DNA of 53,403 nucleotides, counting the filler, from Catajapyx aquilonaris (lineage: Eukaryota), in the NCBI GenBank assembly GCA_000934665.2. It is 2 parts of 2 records of this genome, joined end to end, with 100 filler letters (N's around TTAATTAATTAA, not from the genome) between each part and the next. Parts side by side here need not be neighbours in the genome. Positions count along the whole stretch, not along the records: positions 26,752 to 53,403 come from JYFJ02005178.1; 1 more part is not named here. One strand, given 5' to 3'. Both the position numbers and the translations under genes were made by a program. Shown here piece by piece: positions 50,692-53,403 of this stretch. Position 1 is the stretch's first letter, and the number at the start of each line of letters is the position of its first letter. The notes below the pieces were generated by a model, which saw only the letters and a list, made by a program, of their open reading frames with translations, was not told the DNA's origin and ran no database searches.

Positions 50692-51629
50692 AATTATTTC
50701 CATTTTAAAATCATGGCAGGAGGTGCAAGGAATGGTAAATAATTGTGATTTTAATGTTTTAAGCAATGGTAGATTGCGTGATTTTAAATAGAAAAAAAAA
50801 TACAATATTGAGAGATTGAAGTTCAGATTTTTGCAAAACCCGAATCTAGAGACCAAAACTGGGTTTCACTTTTTCATCTGGAATTATTATGAACAACTTT
50901 CACTAAAAATATTGGCGGATGGAGGAAGCTGGAAGTGATTAGTGATATACAGTATCTACACACTGATATTTATAAGCCAGAAAGGAGCATCCCATGAGTA
51001 CTGTACAGTACTAAATATGATGCAAATTCCATGAACAGGTGTTCTTTTCTTCCAAATTTATTACCTTGGGAGGTAATAAGCTAGACCAGGGACTTCTGTT
51101 TTCGCTCTGTTGGGCCATTCATTTGTTCTTTGGAATGGTGGAAACAAGGAAGTAGTTGCTTTTAAAAGTATGTGCTTTTATTTTATGCATTTTTAAATGA
51201 GGAGAAATACATAGCATTATATACTTCTGAAACACAATGTGTTCTCATGGGAAGATGCTATTTATCCAAGGCTCTAACTTACAATTGTAACTTTTTAACA
51301 CAATGGTACTGATAACACAGATCCATGTCTGGGAACATGCTACATCAATTTTTCTTAGGGCGAAATATTTTACTGGCATAAAATACAAGGTTTCACAATT
51401 GACATGTATATTTTAGTTTTCAGTGTTTTGGTACTAACTGGCTTATTTTAAAGCATTTACTTTTGTATAGTTGCGTTTAGTGGTTATCGAAATTATTAGT
51501 TGCTAAAATATTTTGTTGCATGGACTCGACCTTTTAAATGCTTGCAAGCTGGGAAGGATTGCAAAAATGAGCTTTATCATTGATATTAGATGCCAATAGT
51601 TCCGTTGGGCCATTACCAATCAAATCTTC

Positions 51630-52158
51630 TAATAATAATGGATGCCCTGTGGTATGTCCTTTTGGACCTTTTAGGGCAGTGGTTCTTAAACTTTTTGCTG
51701 TCACCCCTCCCTTGGGAAAGATCTTATGACTGACACCTCCGACCTCTCACGTTTCCGGCCTTGAGGACGGAAGTTACTAATACTTGATTGTGACGTAGTT
51801 CTCTGTCCCTGGGAATTCTAGAATTTTGTGTACATAAATGTGGATAAAACTATTTCAAGTTTTTGTGGCAACTCACACCTCCCCTGGAGTCTGTCTACAC
51901 ATCCCCTGGGGAGGTGTACCCCACAGTTTAAGAACCCCTGTTTTAGGAGATCATCTTTTAATTCACCGACTTTAATCATTGGATGTGATGGATTTTGATA
52001 GTGGAAGGAAACGGGAGAGCCCCAAGAAAACCCACGCGAACACGGAGAGAACCCATCGAAACTATCCACATAAGTATCCTCTGTCTGACCCGGGGACCAA
52101 ACTCGGGACCTCAGAGGCGGAAGGCTGTGGCAATAACCACTACACCACGTGCCACCCC
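51630..52158 (-). mobile_element. tRNA-derived SINE, family B, interrupted by a hAT MITE
   Basis: Reverse complement aligns to 43779-44104, including the tail on the far side of the MITE; 16-bp TSD taccaatc(a/g)aat(c/a)ttc. Confidence 0.88.
51677..51940. mobile_element. hAT-Charlie-like MITE
   Basis: TIRs cagtggttcttaaact / agtttaagaacccctg; 8-bp TSD ttttaggg / ttttagga. Confidence 0.88.
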
Positions 52159-52322
52159 TACCAATCGAATATTCATTAAAATTCAAAGCTTGGATAGGTG
52201 ATTCAGTTTGGCGTAATATTAGTATCTCTTTTCACAACCAATAAAGTACCGTAAGTGGGGGTTACTTTGTGACATGCTGGGTGACTTTGTGACAAATCAG
52301 TTTAAATAATGCAAGAAAATTT

Positions 52323-52395
52323 ATGGTGGTGTACCACCCCCCAACAGAGTCTATGTAGGCCTATCACGGGGTAAAACAAAAAACAACACAAAAAA
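52323..52395 (+). mobile_element. 5'-truncated SINE/LINE tail fragment
   Basis: atggtggt..ccacccccc..gagtct..aggcctatcacggggt + A-rich tail, matching the 3' end of 49028-49289. Confidence 0.6.
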
Positions 52396-52657
52396 CTACT
52401 TCAAAGTTACTGCTACAAAATAAGCAACTTAGTGCCAAAAATTGCTAAGAGAGGTTTCAATTGGAACCCCTTGTATACATACCCCCTCCCCCCATCCATT
52501 ACTGATTTAAAAGGAATTGTTTTGCAGTTGTTTTGTCTGTGCTTACTATGTGTTAGATGTACATAAATAATGTGACACTACTGCAATATAAATTTTCAAA
52601 ATAGGCCTTTATGTCATTGATATGCAGTTATTGTAGCTTTTAGTTTTCAAATCAATT

Positions 52658-52904
52658 GAGGCTCTCAGAGGAAAACCGGCATATCCCAACCGACCTCCAA
52701 TTTTGAGATTGTAATGCTTTTGTACTCTCCTTCCATCTACTTTCATGTGCTGAAGTCCCAAATGAATTGGGATATGCCAAAGCTCACATATTCCACTTGT
52801 AAAATTGGTCCGCAATGGAAAATCCTATTCTCTTGCAACACAAAAAGCCGTTTATCTCAAAATGAACTCCGGCTGGGATATGCCGTTTTTCCTCTGAGCG
52901 CCTC
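52658..52904 (-). mobile_element. MITE with GAG termini and AATT TSD (Sola-like), copy 2, inverted
   Basis: aatt|gaggctctcagaggaa...ttcctctgagcgcctc|aatt; reverse complement of 50444-50691. Confidence 0.85.
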
Positions 52905-52998
52905 AATTTTCATCAAGAAAGAAAATGGAACTTGCAGAATTGTTATGCACAAGCAGTTGATATTTATTCCTCAAGGTAGATAATAATAGCCTTACATT

Positions 52999-53065
52999 TC
53001 CCTCTCCCTATTAAAGAGGGCAGTTCGGCCCTAGCACGGGGTATCTAAAAAAAATAAAAAATAAA
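52999..53065 (+). mobile_element. Extremely 5'-truncated retroposon (tail only)
   Basis: ccctattaaagagggcagttcggccctagcacggggt + A-rich tail between 14-bp TSDs aatagccttacatt (52985-52998 and 53066-53079). Confidence 0.8.
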
Positions 53066-53403
53066 AATAGCCTTACATTGTGAGTGTGAGAGTAAAGCAC
53101 ATATCAAAAAATGTTTGTTGGCAGATTCCATACCAAATGATTACATTTCATCAGGCAATATGTCTGGTTTCATGTTTAGGGATGTGTTGCCACAGGATTG
53201 AGCCAAAATCTCAGTTGCTCTGCACTTTAATGTGCATATTTCTCTGAATTGGTGCAAGGAAATGTTGACCTGGACCATAACGTGAGATGTCTCCTTTTTT
53301 ACTAAATTTCAGGACATGCTAGCACATTGATATTATCCTGAAGGTCTCGTTAACTGATATAAGAATCTACAGATTTAAAATATTTTTAAGTAAGCTGTGT
53401 CCC

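Larger units (their letters stand above)
48534..50916. mobile_element. Older foldback element disrupted by nested insertions
   Basis: 48534-48618 is the inverse of 50830-50916. After removing 48621-50412 and 50444-50691, the left arm continues to pair with about 50780-50830. Confidence 0.7.

Noticed and set aside
53313..53345. tttcag|GACATG as possible cnc exon 2 (expected DMDLI...)
   Set aside because: Reads DMLAH then stop; the other two frames also close quickly.
1..53403. CRISPR arrays, operons or other prokaryote-type systems
   Set aside because: No regularly spaced direct repeats; spliceosomal introns, SINEs and MITEs show this is animal nuclear DNA.

Overview
Eukaryotic, most likely arthropod, genomic DNA; the species cannot be determined from the sequence. 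There are two recognisable protein-coding genes, both on the + strand. (1) A complete spliced HR3 (NR1F4/ROR-family, ecdysone-cascade) nuclear receptor: CDS join 27473-27713, 28157-28384, 29633-29795, 30293-30510, 31290-31941, 32271-32376 (535 aa). A probable frame-preserving cassette exon at 30694-31002 would add 103 aa. (2) The first coding exon (45985-46443) of a cap'n'collar / NFE2L1(Nrf1)-type CNC-bZIP gene with the NHB1/NHB2 N-terminus; its remaining exons were not found and presumably lie beyond the window. The rest is non-coding: a long putative HR3 regulatory region, three tRNA-derived SINE families with clear target-site duplications, many MITEs (hAT-, pogo-, mariner- and Sola-like termini), Helitron remnants, microsatellites and a 100-nt assembly gap. 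The most unusual observations are a tRNA-Gln-like cloverleaf in the last HR3 intron with an 8-nt anticodon loop and almost exclusively A>G changes; a perfect CNC-sMaf site in the putative cnc promoter; four uATGs just before the cnc start codon; the HR3-cnc adjacency; and a nested transposon complex in the cnc intron. Nothing here can be claimed as a proven new system from sequence alone.
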